In this document: in pieces, positions 8,871 through 18,566 of the stretch
How positions within the stretch are numbered: the stretch's first letter is position 1
How the letters are laid out: every line of letters begins with the position of its first letter
DNA from: an uncultured Planctomycetaceae bacterium
GTDB taxonomy: Bacteria > Planctomycetota > Planctomycetia > Pirellulales > PALSA-1355
DNA length: 64,000 nucleotides
Assembly: GCA_963785305.1 (NCBI GenBank)
Contig: CAWAUV010000008.1
Span: 1,120,001 to 1,184,000 of the forward strand
Reading direction: 5' to 3'
Notes under the pieces: model-generated
Database searches by the model: none
Seen by the model: only the letters and a program-made list of their open reading frames with translations
What the model was told of the DNA's origin: nothing
Translations under genes and position numbers: made by a program

Positions 8871-9130
8871 TGCTGTTGGTTACCTTTCGAGATTGGCGTG
8901 AGCGACCGGCCAGGGTCGCTCGCGTCGTTTAGTGGGAACAAGGAAAACAGGATCTTCGGGTTGCTTGTCGGCGGCGGGTTGCTCGCCGCCGGCGGCGGGT
9001 GTGACGCATGGCGCCGCAGTCGTGGGCGCCAGTGATCCGCGGCGCATGCGTCGCATAGGTCCGCAAGTCCGAATCTTGTTCGGACGTTGAGTCGCGTCGC
9101 CGGCTCGACGTTACAAAATCGGCAGTCCAT
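8867..9130 (-). CDS. Small CxxC...CxxC zinc-finger protein
   Basis: MDCRFC ... LCDAC; TAATG overlap with the upstream gene and ATGA overlap with the downstream gene. Confidence 0.5.
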   Translation of the reverse strand: MDCRFCNVEPATRLNVRTRFGLADLCDACAADHWRPRLRRHASHPPPAASNPPPTSNPKILFSLFPLNDASDPGRSLTPISKGNQQQ

Positions 9131-9402
9131 TACGCTAGCTCCTCGAAAAACCGCTCTTGCGCGACAGCCGCGTCGGCGTCTTTTGCGAGCTGAATCAGCA
9201 CCTTGCAGATGCCGTAGTCGTCGTTTGCGACGTCGTAGTGGTTTGTCAGATCGCAGATCATCGCGTCGAAGTCGAATATCGCTCGCCCGGTGAGCCCCAT
9301 ACACCACTCTGCAATCTTCTCGCAGTCGTCGGGGTGATCGGCAATCGCCGCTCGCATACGGGCTTCGTAACTTGACGGGTCGGTGTTTCTTTCTTCGATC
9401 AT
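9130..9402 (-). CDS. Hypothetical protein
   Basis: ORF with GGAG RBS upstream of ATG 9402. Confidence 0.55.
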   Translation of the reverse strand: MIEERNTDPSSYEARMRAAIADHPDDCEKIAEWCMGLTGRAIFDFDAMICDLTNHYDVANDDYGICKVLIQLAKDADAAVAQERFFEELA

Positions 9403-9486
9403 GTTTTTCTCTCCGTTTTGCCCCAGGTTGGTTTCGCGGCGTCGCCGGGGCAAGTGACGGCGCAGCGGTTGCCGCAGGGGGACGGG

Positions 9487-9696
9487 TTACGATTGCGAGG
9501 CGGATTGCCGAGCGATCCAGTCGCGCAACTCATCGACCGAGATACGCAGGGCGCGACCGATGCGCACGGATCGCAGCTCGCCGATGCGGCAGCGGCCCCA
9601 CAGCGTGCGCTCGCTGAGGGCGGTCATGGTGGCGGCCTCGCGGAGAGTCACCAGCAGGCGCTGGACCTCCTCGGGGACTGGGGAGAGCAGTGTCAT
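9487..9696 (-). CDS. Excisionase/AlpA-like HTH_17 protein
   Basis: LLVTLREAATMTALSERTLW ... GELRSVRIGRALRISVDELRDWI is a classic HTH_17 pattern. Confidence 0.88.
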   Translation of the reverse strand: MTLLSPVPEEVQRLLVTLREAATMTALSERTLWGRCRIGELRSVRIGRALRISVDELRDWIARQSASQS

Positions 9697-9697
9697 G

Positions 9698-9813
9698 GCG
9701 GATACTCCAGTGAGTGACAGTCACCAGCGGCAGCGTGCCGCTACGAGTGACTGTCGGAGTATCCGCGCGTCGCGTGGGTGTATCCACGGACGATCTCGGG
9801 TGTATCTACACCC
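9698..9813 (-). promoter_or_regulatory. Long hairpin over the xis RBS plus repeated GGGTGTATC boxes
   Basis: 9698-9708/9756-9766, 9716-9724/9747-9755 and 9726-9732/9736-9742 are complementary; GGGTGTATC occurs at 9776 and 9798. Confidence 0.6.
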
Positions 9814-10552
9814 GGTCGGCCAGATAGAGCTTTTCCCGCGGGATTCGCTGGCCTTTTCCGGTTTCCGCTTCGATCAAAGCCCTGATTTCTTTGGGCAACT
9901 TTGGCTTGATCTTGTCGGGGCGCAATCCCTTTTCTTCCCAGTCGCCGACCCATTCTCCATCGGCGTCGACCAGCGATTTTAGATACAAGGCGGCGTTGAC
10001 GTTGATCTGGAAGGGCGTTTCGTCGAGGGTGGCGCGGTCCCTTGAGATGTCGACAATGAGCCGCCGGATCGGCGCCCGTTTGACCGGGGCATTCCCATCA
10101 AACAAATGTCGGATCGCCGCTGCGCTCGCGGAGAAAGCGTTTTCCATTGCAAATTCGATCTCGTCGCCGTCGCTAACTTCCGGGCAGTTCAGGAATCCCG
10201 TCATTTTTTTGGCTTTGATGCCAAGCAGATACGGAACGGCAAAAAGCCATTTCAGTTCAGGCGCCGGCGCATCGCGAATATCGTCCAGCACCGCGGCTGG
10301 AATGCGGTTTAGATTCCCGGCGCCCGATGACAACAGCATTCCACCCGCCCTTGCCGCTGCCGCTCCAAGAAGTTGCTCGGCCGCTCTTTCGTCATTCGCG
10401 GATAGGGCGCTTTCGCCCCGAGTGACGGCTCGCATTCTTGGTTGGCCGTCTTCTGGGCGCTCGACGCGCCAGACATTCAGGCGCCAGCGATATATTGGCG
10501 CAGAATCAAGAAACTCGCGCAAAACGCTTTCCCACGCCTCGGGGACGGCCAT
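9806..10552 (-). CDS. Hypothetical protein, possible regulator with C-terminal wHTH
   Basis: AAGGAAGGA RBS before ATG 10552; C-terminus 'KLPKEIRALIEAETGKGQRI' resembles an OmpR-type wing. Confidence 0.6.
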   Translation of the reverse strand: MAVPEAWESVLREFLDSAPIYRWRLNVWRVERPEDGQPRMRAVTRGESALSANDERAAEQLLGAAAARAGGMLLSSGAGNLNRIPAAVLDDIRDAPAPELKWLFAVPYLLGIKAKKMTGFLNCPEVSDGDEIEFAMENAFSASAAAIRHLFDGNAPVKRAPIRRLIVDISRDRATLDETPFQINVNAALYLKSLVDADGEWVGDWEEKGLRPDKIKPKLPKEIRALIEAETGKGQRIPREKLYLADRV

Positions 10553-10838
10553 TGAAGTCCTTCCTTTTTGCCGGGTCGGCCCAGCGCCAGCGCCAAGGAA
10601 GGAAGGCGCCAGCGCCGGACCAGTGCGGTAGCTAGCCGCGCCCGACGTGCAATGTGATTTACTTCGCCCCAGCGTCAGAGCCACGGGCCAGATTCAAGAT
10701 AGCGGCTTTCGCGTCGCTGGCGAGCCCCGGCCACAATGCGGTCAGTTCGGCCAGCCCATCATCTTGTGCGCAAACTGCACCGGAAAATGCAGCGCGCTCT
10801 TGCGAAACCTGCGATTTTCCCGACGATTCTTGCGATAA

Positions 10839-10860
10839 TTCGACTCCCCGTGGGGGTACT
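10839..10860 (+). other. att site: duplicated 3' end of a tRNA (probably tRNA-Glu)
   Basis: TTCGACTCCCCG-TGGGGGT-A = T-loop, 3' T-stem strand, acceptor strand and discriminator, with no 5' half of a tRNA upstream; lies exactly at the end of the phage-like gene run. Confidence 0.75.
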
Positions 10861-10977
10861 GGCCTTCTTTCTAGATCATCGCCACTCGGCGCTCCATCGC
10901 CCACTTCCACGCCCTCGCGATCCAATCGAACCCCGCGTTCCAAAAACAGCGTCCGCTCAAGACCCTATCAGCCAAAA

Positions 10978-11014
10978 CTCCTCCTCTCCCTTCGGGAGAG
11001 GGCAGGTTGAGGGT
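10978..11014. repeat. REP-like hairpin CCTCTCCC-TTC-GGGAGAGG
   Basis: Related hairpins at 14883-14919, 25220-25255 and 30732-30770. Confidence 0.65.
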
Positions 11015-11199
11015 CCGCTTGCGGCAGCAGACGAAGCGCGAGGGGGTATTCACGATTCGCTGGCGGCTGCGGTGATTCGACGCTAGCTTGGAGCGCCACC
11101 ATTTTTTCGCGAACGGACGATTTTTTCGACAAATCCGGCAAATAACGCCTCTCATTCGGAAAAAGCGGAGTTCCTTTGGAAAACCGGCCGATGAATGTC

Positions 11200-11229
11200 T
11201 TGCAAGCGACGAGCCCCGTCGCGTATGCT
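11200..11229 (+). promoter_or_regulatory. Putative sigma70 promoter
   Basis: TTGCAA-18 bp-TATGCT upstream of the hairpin and the abi gene. Confidence 0.5.
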
Positions 11230-11235
11230 TCATGC

Positions 11236-11297
11236 AACACACCCGTCGCGCCTCTCCTTCTCTCGGGAAGTGACGCGCATCATGGACGGGTTTTTTT
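11236..11297 (+). ncRNA. Candidate small structured RNA (AbiF antitoxin-like) ending in a U-run
   Basis: ACCCGTC(11241-11247)/GACGGGT(11285-11291) closing stem, inner GCGC/GCGC and CTTCT-CTCG-GGAAG stems, then T7; lies between promoter and abi start. Confidence 0.45.
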
Positions 11298-11350
11298 ATT
11301 GCGCTCCTGGTTTTCTTCGGCGGCGCCCGCGTTTTGACGGGGGGGGCGCC

Positions 11351-12345
11351 ATGAAGATCCCGCCGCTTCCCCTCTATCAGAAGCCGTGGCTCTCGTGTCG
11401 CCGACCAAGTCGCGCTGCTCGAGTCGCGCGGGCTCGTCGTGGCCAACCGCGTCGTCGCCGAGCGATTGCTTTCGCACGTCAATTATTACCGCTTCAGCGG
11501 TTATTGCTTGGCCTTCGAGCAGCAGCGACACCAATTCGTCGCCGGCACGACGTTCGAGCAGGTTCGCGCCGCGTATGACTTCGACCTGATCTTGCGCAAC
11601 TTGGTCACGGAAGCTCTCGAAGTCGTGGAGATCGACATCCGGGCCGCTGTCGCCCATCATTTCGGCCAGCGGCACGGAGCCTTCGGGCATGCGGATGCGA
11701 ACAACTTCTTCCATCGCTTCAAACACGCCGACTGGCTAAGAACCTATCCGGCAACCCCCGGAAGCGCCCAATTTTGCGGGCAGTTTCAATGCAGGCGCCG
11801 GGTTGCCGGATAGGCTCTAAAGCGTCTCCGGGACGAGGCGACTCGATCCAGCGAGCTCTTCATCGCGCATTTTCGCGCGGCGTATTCCCAGTTTCCGGAC
11901 CTTCCGGTTTGGGTCGTTACTGAAGTCATGTCGTTTGGCGCTGTCGCGGATGTTTCAAGGGATGCATAAGCAGGATCAAAAGCCGATCGCCGCGCGATAC
12001 TCGGTCCAACCGCGCGAAATGCAAAGCTGGATGCATCATTTGGTATATGCGCGTAATCTCTGCGCCCACCATTCGCGGCTTTGGGATCGCGTCTATGCGA
12101 TCAAGCCGATGATGCCCCGCGCCAGCCATTGGCAACCGCCCCATGTGCCGACGAACGACCGGCTTTGGGCAACGCTTCTTGCCCTGCGTCATCTGCTGCG
12201 CCGCTGCCCCGCGATCGGCAATTTCGCCGATGACTGGCGCGATCGCGTTAATGCGCAGCTTGAAGCGCCGCCGCCGACGACGGGCGATCCGCTCGTGGCA
12301 ATGGGCATGCCCTTAAAGTGGATCGCGAACCCTGTTTGGACTTGA
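11351..12345 (+). pseudogene. Abi family (AbiD/AbiF, Abi_2) HEPN protein interrupted by a MITE; additional small frameshifts
   Basis: KPWLS, RGL, VNYYRFSGY, YDFD..LR, EIDIR, LPVWVVTEVMSFG, HEPN motif RNLCAH(H)SRLW. Confidence 0.88.
11740..11817. mobile_element. 78 bp MITE (IS5/IS1031-like ends) with TAA target duplication
   Basis: 18 bp TIRs GAACCTATCCGGCAACCC / GGGTTGCCGGATAGGCTC (17/18 match); TAA at 11737-11739 and 11818-11820; removal restores ...ADWL-KRLRDEA.... Confidence 0.9.
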
Positions 12346-12402
12346 ACCAATCGAATAGTTCGGGCAGCCCTTGCCGGCGGAAGAAGGTTGCAAGAAGACG
12401 CG

Positions 12403-12617
12403 ATGGCCAAGACAAAACTTGAACTCGCCTGGATCGGCGAAGAGAACCAAGCTGGAGCCGCGCAACCTGCTGGAGGACGCGGGGAAGTCGTACCACGCAT
12501 CCAAGCGATTGACGGAGAACGACGTCTTCGATCATCGCCTGATCTTCGGCGACAATTTGTTGGCGCTGAAGGCGCTAGAAGCCGGATTTACGGGGAAGAT
12601 CAAGTGCATCTACATTC
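12403..12617 (+). pseudogene. mod: Truncated type III R-M Mod (N6-adenine MTase) N-terminus
   Basis: KLELAWIG, KLEPRNLLED..KSYHA, RLIFGDNLLALKALE..FTGKIKCIYI; similarity stops immediately before the expected DPPY motif. Confidence 0.8.
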
Positions 12618-12937
12618 TACATCTGAAAATGTGTCAATCGTTCAATGTCTAGCATTCGCTTCTTCGCGCACTTGGTCGCCGCGATCGCGCGTTCTTGCTC
12701 TTTTGGCGTTTTGGCGATGATCTGCACAATTATCATTTCGCAGGCGGGATACCCTGGCAGTGTGCCGGGCGGAACATGCAGTTGCCCGTCGATGGAGAGC
12801 CCCTCGCCTGTAAACGGGTTGACGGCCGAAACGTGGTCCGCATCCCGCAAAATCTTGACGCAGCCGTCCGACTCGATATCGTCAATCGTGAATAAGAATA
12901 ACATGACCGATACTCCATTGCGATGTTGTTCTTCCAA
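12617..12937 (-). CDS. Hypothetical protein
   Basis: 106 aa ORF, lower GC, abutting the mod truncation point. Confidence 0.4.
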   Translation of the reverse strand: MEEQHRNGVSVMLFLFTIDDIESDGCVKILRDADHVSAVNPFTGEGLSIDGQLHVPPGTLPGYPACEMIIVQIIAKTPKEQERAIAATKCAKKRMLDIERLTHFQM

Positions 12938-13329
12938 ACCGCATTCGAGCCTATCGGACGCGCCGGTTGATTTCTAGTGGGTTGAAGTGATCCCCGATTT
13001 TCGGATCGGCGGGCTACATGGAACCGCGAGGCTTGATCGAGGAGAGCAGCGGCATCGTGGCGGGATTTTCGCGGGAGCCGAACGGCGTCTCGGAAGCGGC
13101 GGTTATTTGATGGAGCGGGCGAGGCCAAGCAAGCACGAGTTGCTACCTGGACATCGAATGACCGCGCGAACCATTGGAAATAGAGTAAACGGCGGCGACT
13201 GCCTACTCATCGCAACCAGCCTCCCGGCGGCCTGGTTTTCCGCTGAAAGTTGACTGGCGCGGTTTGGGCGCTGATACTGGGGTTCACGTCGCCCTTTGTA
13301 TCCGAGATCGATCCACGCCCGAGGTCCCG

Positions 13330-14780
13330 ATGACAGCCGAGCAGTTCCCGCGCCGACGCGTCGCGTCGCCACGTTTAGGTGGTGAATCATTACCAGGAAT
13401 CGCGCTGCTATGCATCGTGGCGGCTGGCCTTTCCCAGCGAATGTGCCCGGCATTCGCCGAGGATGTGGCGGCGCGCCGAAGCAGGCCGAACATCGTCGTC
13501 ATCCTGGCCGACGATCTCGGCTATGCCGATGTCGGCTTCCACGGTTGCCACGATATTCCGACGCCGCATATCGATCGGCTCGCGGCCAGCGGGGTGCGCT
13601 GCTCGAGCGGCTATGTGTCGTGTCCGTATTGCAGCCCGACTCGCGCGGGCCTGCTCACCGGACGATATCAAAATCGGTTCGGCCATGAATTCAACCCAGG
13701 CGGCAAGGGAACCGGACTGCCCACCAGCGAGGTCACGATCGCCAATCGTTTCAAATCGGCCGGCTACGTGACCGGCTTGGTCGGCAAATGGCATCTCGGA
13801 TCGCTCCCGGAACAAACACCCCAGCGGCGCGGCTTCGACGAATTCTTCGGCTTCTTGGGCGGAGCGCACGACTATTTCGACGACCGCGGCATTCTGCGGG
13901 GCGATAAACCGGCCGACGAGCCGGAATATCTGACCGACGCATTTGGCCGCGAGGCGGTCGCGTTTATCGATCGCCACGCGCGCGAACCCTTCCTGCTCTA
14001 TCTGGCGTTCAACGCCGTGCATACACCGCTCGAAGCGCCGAAAGAACGCGAGCAACGATTCGCCGGTCTGCCGGGAGGCAAGCGCCCACCTATGCCGCGA
14101 TGCTCAGCGCCGAGGACGACGCGATCGGGCGCGTGATCGAGAAGCTCGCGGCGGCGGGCCTTGAAGAACAAACCTTGATCTTCTTCTTGAGCGACAATGG
14201 CGGTCCGGTCATGCGGGGCACGACCATCAACGGCTCGAACAACACCCCGCTGCGCGGCTCGAAGCGCACCACGCTCGAAGGCGGGGTGCGCGTGCCGTGG
14301 GTCGCGTCGTGGAAGGGACATCTGCCGGCCGGCAAAGTGTACGACCAGCCGGTGATTCAACTCGATATTCTCCCCACCGCCCTGGCCGCGGCTGGCATCG
14401 AACCCCCAGGCTCGAGCGAGCCTCGGCTCGATGGGCTGGACCTGTTGCCGTATCTGCGCGGCGACAATGCATCGGCCCCGCATCCGACGTTGTTTTGGCG
14501 GTTCGGCGAGCAGATGGCCATTCGCCAGGGCGATTGGAAGCTGGTGCGATACGACGCGGCGGCCGACGGCGAGCCGACTCGCAAACAGGGCCGGAAAGGG
14601 GCGGCTGCCACCGACGCCAAACTCTACGACCTCGCGACCGACATCGGCGAGTCGCGCGATCTGGCGTCGAAACATCCGGAGAAAGTCGCCGAGCTGCAAT
14701 CGGCCTGGGATGCCTGGAACGCCCAGCTAATGCCGCCACTCTGGGGCGCCGGCGGCGGAAAACAAGCCGCGAGCGATTAG
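13330..14780 (+). CDS. Formylglycine-dependent sulfatase (frameshift near 14085)
   Basis: RPNIVVILADDLG, CSPTRAGLLTGR, GKWHLG, FLSDNG, EGGVRVP. Confidence 0.93.
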
Positions 14781-14791
14781 CCGACGATCGA

Positions 14792-14872
14792 CGAGCCGGT
14801 TGAAAACGTCCGTCGCGGCATTTTTCAACCTCGCCCAGCGCCGAGCCAAGGCACGGACAAAAATAACGTCCT
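14792..14872. repeat. Degenerate IS-end-like palindrome GGTTGAAAA...TTTTCAACC
   Basis: 9 bp inverted repeat between convergent sulfatase and pyc, next to a REP hairpin. Confidence 0.45.
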
Positions 14873-14882
14873 GGGTTGTTCG

Positions 14883-14919
14883 CCCTCACTCCCCCCTCTC
14901 CCAAAGGGAGAGGGGGGAG
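14883..14919. repeat. REP-like hairpin
   Basis: CTCCCCCCTCTCCC-AAA-GGGAGAGGGGGGAG perfect stem between convergent genes. Confidence 0.7.
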
Positions 14920-14958
14920 TGGTCGGAATGGTACTTAGCGTTATAGGAAAATGGTTCG

Positions 14959-17900
14959 CTACGCCAAGCGAATCAGCAAGTCGCCGGCGTCGACCTTCGT
15001 GCCGGCGGTTACGAGCAGCTCCTCCACCTTGCCGCCGCGTTCGGCGTAGAGGGTGCTTTCCATTTTCATCGCTTCGAGGCTCAGCAGTTTTTGGCCCGCG
15101 GTCACGGTGTCGCCCAGCGCCACGGCGATCGTCACGATCATGCCCGGCATCGGGGCGCCGACTTCCAGCGGGTTCGATTTGTCGGCCTTGGCGCGGCGCT
15201 TTTCGGTCGGTTCGAGGCTCCGGTCGATCACGTCGGCGTTGCGCGGCAAGCCGTTGAGCTCGAAATACACGGTGCGCGATCCATCGGCCCGGGGCTCGCC
15301 GATCGCGACGAACTTGATGATGAGCGTCTTGCCCGGCTCGATGTCGACCGACACTTCCTGGCCTTGCTCGAAGCCATAAAAGAACACATCGGTGGGTAAG
15401 ATGCTCAAGTCGGAATATTGGGCATCGTGGGCGGCGAAGTCGGTGAACACCCGGGGAAACATCACATAGCTCAGCACCTCGCGGCGGTCGGGCTCGCGGC
15501 CGATCGCTTTTTCGAGTTCCGCGGCGATCGCTTTGAAGTCGAGCGCGGGCATGCTGGCGCCGGGCCGGCCGCTTGAGCGGCTTTTCTCCGCGGAGGATGC
15601 GCTGTTTGACTTTGGCCGGAAAGCCGCCCGGCGGTTGACCCATCTTGCCGCCGATCAGGTCGATCACGCCGGCCGGGAACGCCAACTCGCGTCCCGATTC
15701 CAAGCACATCGCGCGGTCGAGAGATTGTTGCTGACCATGAACAGCGCCATGTCGCCCACGGCCTTCGCTCGATGGCGTGACCTTCACGATGTCGCCGAAC
15801 ATATGGTTGACTTCGGCATAGGCGCGGCGGATTTGCGGCCAGCGATCGGCCAGGCCCACGGCCTTGGCCTGTTCGTAGAGATTCGTGTACTGGCCGCCGG
15901 GGATTTCGTTGTAATAGACATCGGCCGTGCTCGACATCATGCCGGTTTCGAAGGCGCGTAGTATTGGCGAACCGCTTCCCAGTAGAGGCTCATCGCTTGG
16001 AGCGGTTCGTAGTCGAGGCCGGTGTCGCGCGACGTGTGGCGGAGCGCCTCGACGAGCGAATTCAGGTTCGGCTGCGAGGTCAGGCCCGACATCGAGGCGA
16101 TCGCCCCGTCGACGATATCGACCTTGGCCTCCGAGGCTTTGAGAATCGAAGCGGCCTGCACTCCGCTGGTGTCGTGGGTGTGGAAATGAATGGGGATGCC
16201 GATTTCTTGCTTGAGAGTCTTGACCAGGAGTTCGGCGGCATAGGGCTTGCAAAGGCCGGCCATGTCCTTGATGGCCAGGATATGGGCGCCCATCTTCTCG
16301 AGTTCCTTGGCCATCGACGACATAATAGTCCAGGTCATACTTCACGCGGCTCTTGTCGAGAATATCGCCGGTGTAGCAGATGGCGGCTTCGCAGAGCGCG
16401 TCGGTGGCCAACACGGCATCCATCGCGACGCGCATGTTGGGAACCCAGTTGAGCGAATCGAAAATGCGAAAGATATCCATTCCCGCGGCGGCCGATTCCG
16501 CGACAAAGGTCTTCACCAGATTGTCGGGATAATTGGCGTAGCCCAGGGCGTTGCTCGAGCGGAGCAGCATTTGGAAGAGAATATTCGGAATCTTTTCGCG
16601 GAGCCGGGTGAGCCGAGCCCAGGGGTCTTCCTTGAGGAACCGCATCGCGGTGTCGAAGGTGGCGCCGCCCCACATCTCGATCGAGAACATGCCGCGGATT
16701 GAGCCGGGCATAGGCGTCGGCGATTTCGAGCATGTCGTAGGTGCGCACCCGCGTGGCGAGCAGCGATTGATGCGCGTCGCGAAAAGTGGTGTCGGTCAGC
16801 AGGAGTGGCTTTTGCGCGAGCACCCATTTCGAGAACTTGGCGGGCCCGAGCTCGAGCAGCTTTTGCCGCGAGCCCGGCGGCGGCGGCGCCTTGGGATCGA
16901 ACTCGGGAACGGGCGCCGGCGCGCGGCGGATGTTGGCCGGCCGGTGTTTGATCGAGCCGTGGCCGTTGACGATCACATCGGCAATGTAGTTGAGCAGCTT
17001 CGTCGCGCGATCGCGCCGCGGTTGGAAGTGAAACAGTTCGGGCGTTTCATCGATGAACTTGGTGGTGAAACCGCCGGCGATGAACTTGGGATTCGTGATC
17101 AAGTTCACGAGAAACGGAATGTTCGTTTTCACGCCGCGAATGCGAAATTCCTGCAGCGCGCGCTCCATCGCGCTTGGCCGCGTCGACAAACCGCGGGCCC
17201 GAGGCGATTACCTTGACCAGCAGCGAATCATAGAAGGGCGTGACCGTGGCGCCGGAGAAGGCGGTGCCGGCGTCGAGCCGCACGCCGGCGCCGCCGGTCG
17301 AGCGATAGTGGACGATGCGGCCATAGTCGGGCAAGAAATCATTGCCGGCGTCTTCGGTCGTCACGCGACACTGAAGGGCGTAACCGGTGGTGTGAATCGC
17401 GGCCTGCGAGCCGAGCCCGATCTCGGGATCGCCGAGCGGCATGCCTTGGGTGACGAGAATCTGGCATTTCACGATATCGAAGCCGGTGACCATTTCGGTC
17501 ACGGTGTGCTCGACCTGAATGCGCGGATTGACTTCGATGAAATAGAACTCGCCGGTGTCGGAGTCGACGAGAAACTCGACGGTGCCGGCCGCGACATAGC
17601 GCACCTCGCGGCCGATCCGCAGCGCGGCCTCGCAAATCTTATCGCGGAGCGCGGGATCGAGGTTCGGGCTCGGGGCGATCTCGACCACTTTCTGATAGCG
17701 GCGCTGGATCGAACAGTCGCGCTCGAACAGATGCACGAGATTGCCGTGGCGATCGCCCATCAATTGAACTTCGATATGCCGCGGGCGGGGAATGAATTTC
17801 TCGAGAAACACGTCGCTCGAGCCGAAGGCGGCGAACGATTCTCGCTGGGCTTGCTCGAGCCGAGGCGTCAGTTCGTCGGGCCCATTGACGACTCGCATTC

Positions 17901-18408
17901 CTCGGCCGCCGCCGCCCTTGGCCGCTTTGAGCAGCACCGGATAGCCCAGCTGGGCCGCGAGCTTCTGGGCGGCCTTGCCGGTGGTGAGTGGTTCGCGACT
18001 TCCCGACAAAACCGGCACTTTTGCCCGGGCCGCGATCTCTCGGGCGGCGATCTTGTCGCCCAATTGCTCTAAAATCTCGGGCGGAGGCCCGCAAAACAGA
18101 ATGCCGGCGGCTTGACAAGCCCGGGCCAGTTCGGGATTTTCGGAAAGAAACCCATATCCGGGGTGGATCGCGTCGACGCCGTGCTGCTTGGCGACCGCGA
18201 TAATTCCCGGGATGTCGAGGTAGGATTTAATCGGTTCGCCCGGCTTGCCGATAAGGTATGCTTCGTCGGCCTTGAAGCGATGCAAGGCATAACGATCTTC
18301 GTGCGAATAGATGGCGACGGTGCGAATATCGAGTTCATGGGCAGTGCGAAACACGCGAATGGCGATTTCGCTTCGATTGGCGACCAAGAGCTTGGTGATT
18401 GGTGGCAT
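14959..18408 (-). CDS. pyc: Pyruvate carboxylase (several apparent frameshifts)
   Basis: BC domain (LVANRSEIA, ERDCSIQRR, EVNPRIQVEH), CT domain (DTTFRDAHQS, WGGATFD, AIKDMAG, HFHTHD), biotinyl domain EAMKM. Confidence 0.95.
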
Positions 18409-18566
18409 GGCGGTGGTTGCAGTCGCGCTAGTGAGGGGACGGTTCGCCCAGAGTCAAACGAACTTCGGCTCAAAATCTAACATCGCTCAAGTGGCGCCGC
18501 CTAGTGGGCGGGGCAAATAGAATACGTTGCCCGGGCCTCGCGTCCTAACTGGAACAGGGATCGACC

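Larger units (their letters stand above)
1..10860 (-). mobile_element. Integrated phage satellite / prophage-like element (right part; left end and presumed integrase outside the window)
   Basis: Run of co-oriented minus-strand genes (Xis/AlpA-like HTH, PolA, HNH, TerS, TerL), many with overlapping stop/start codons, bounded on the right by a tRNA 3'-end fragment at 10839-10860. Confidence 0.85.

Noticed and set aside
10790..10860. Complete tRNA gene
   Set aside because: Only the T-loop and acceptor 3' strand are present; no D arm, anticodon arm or 5' acceptor strand.
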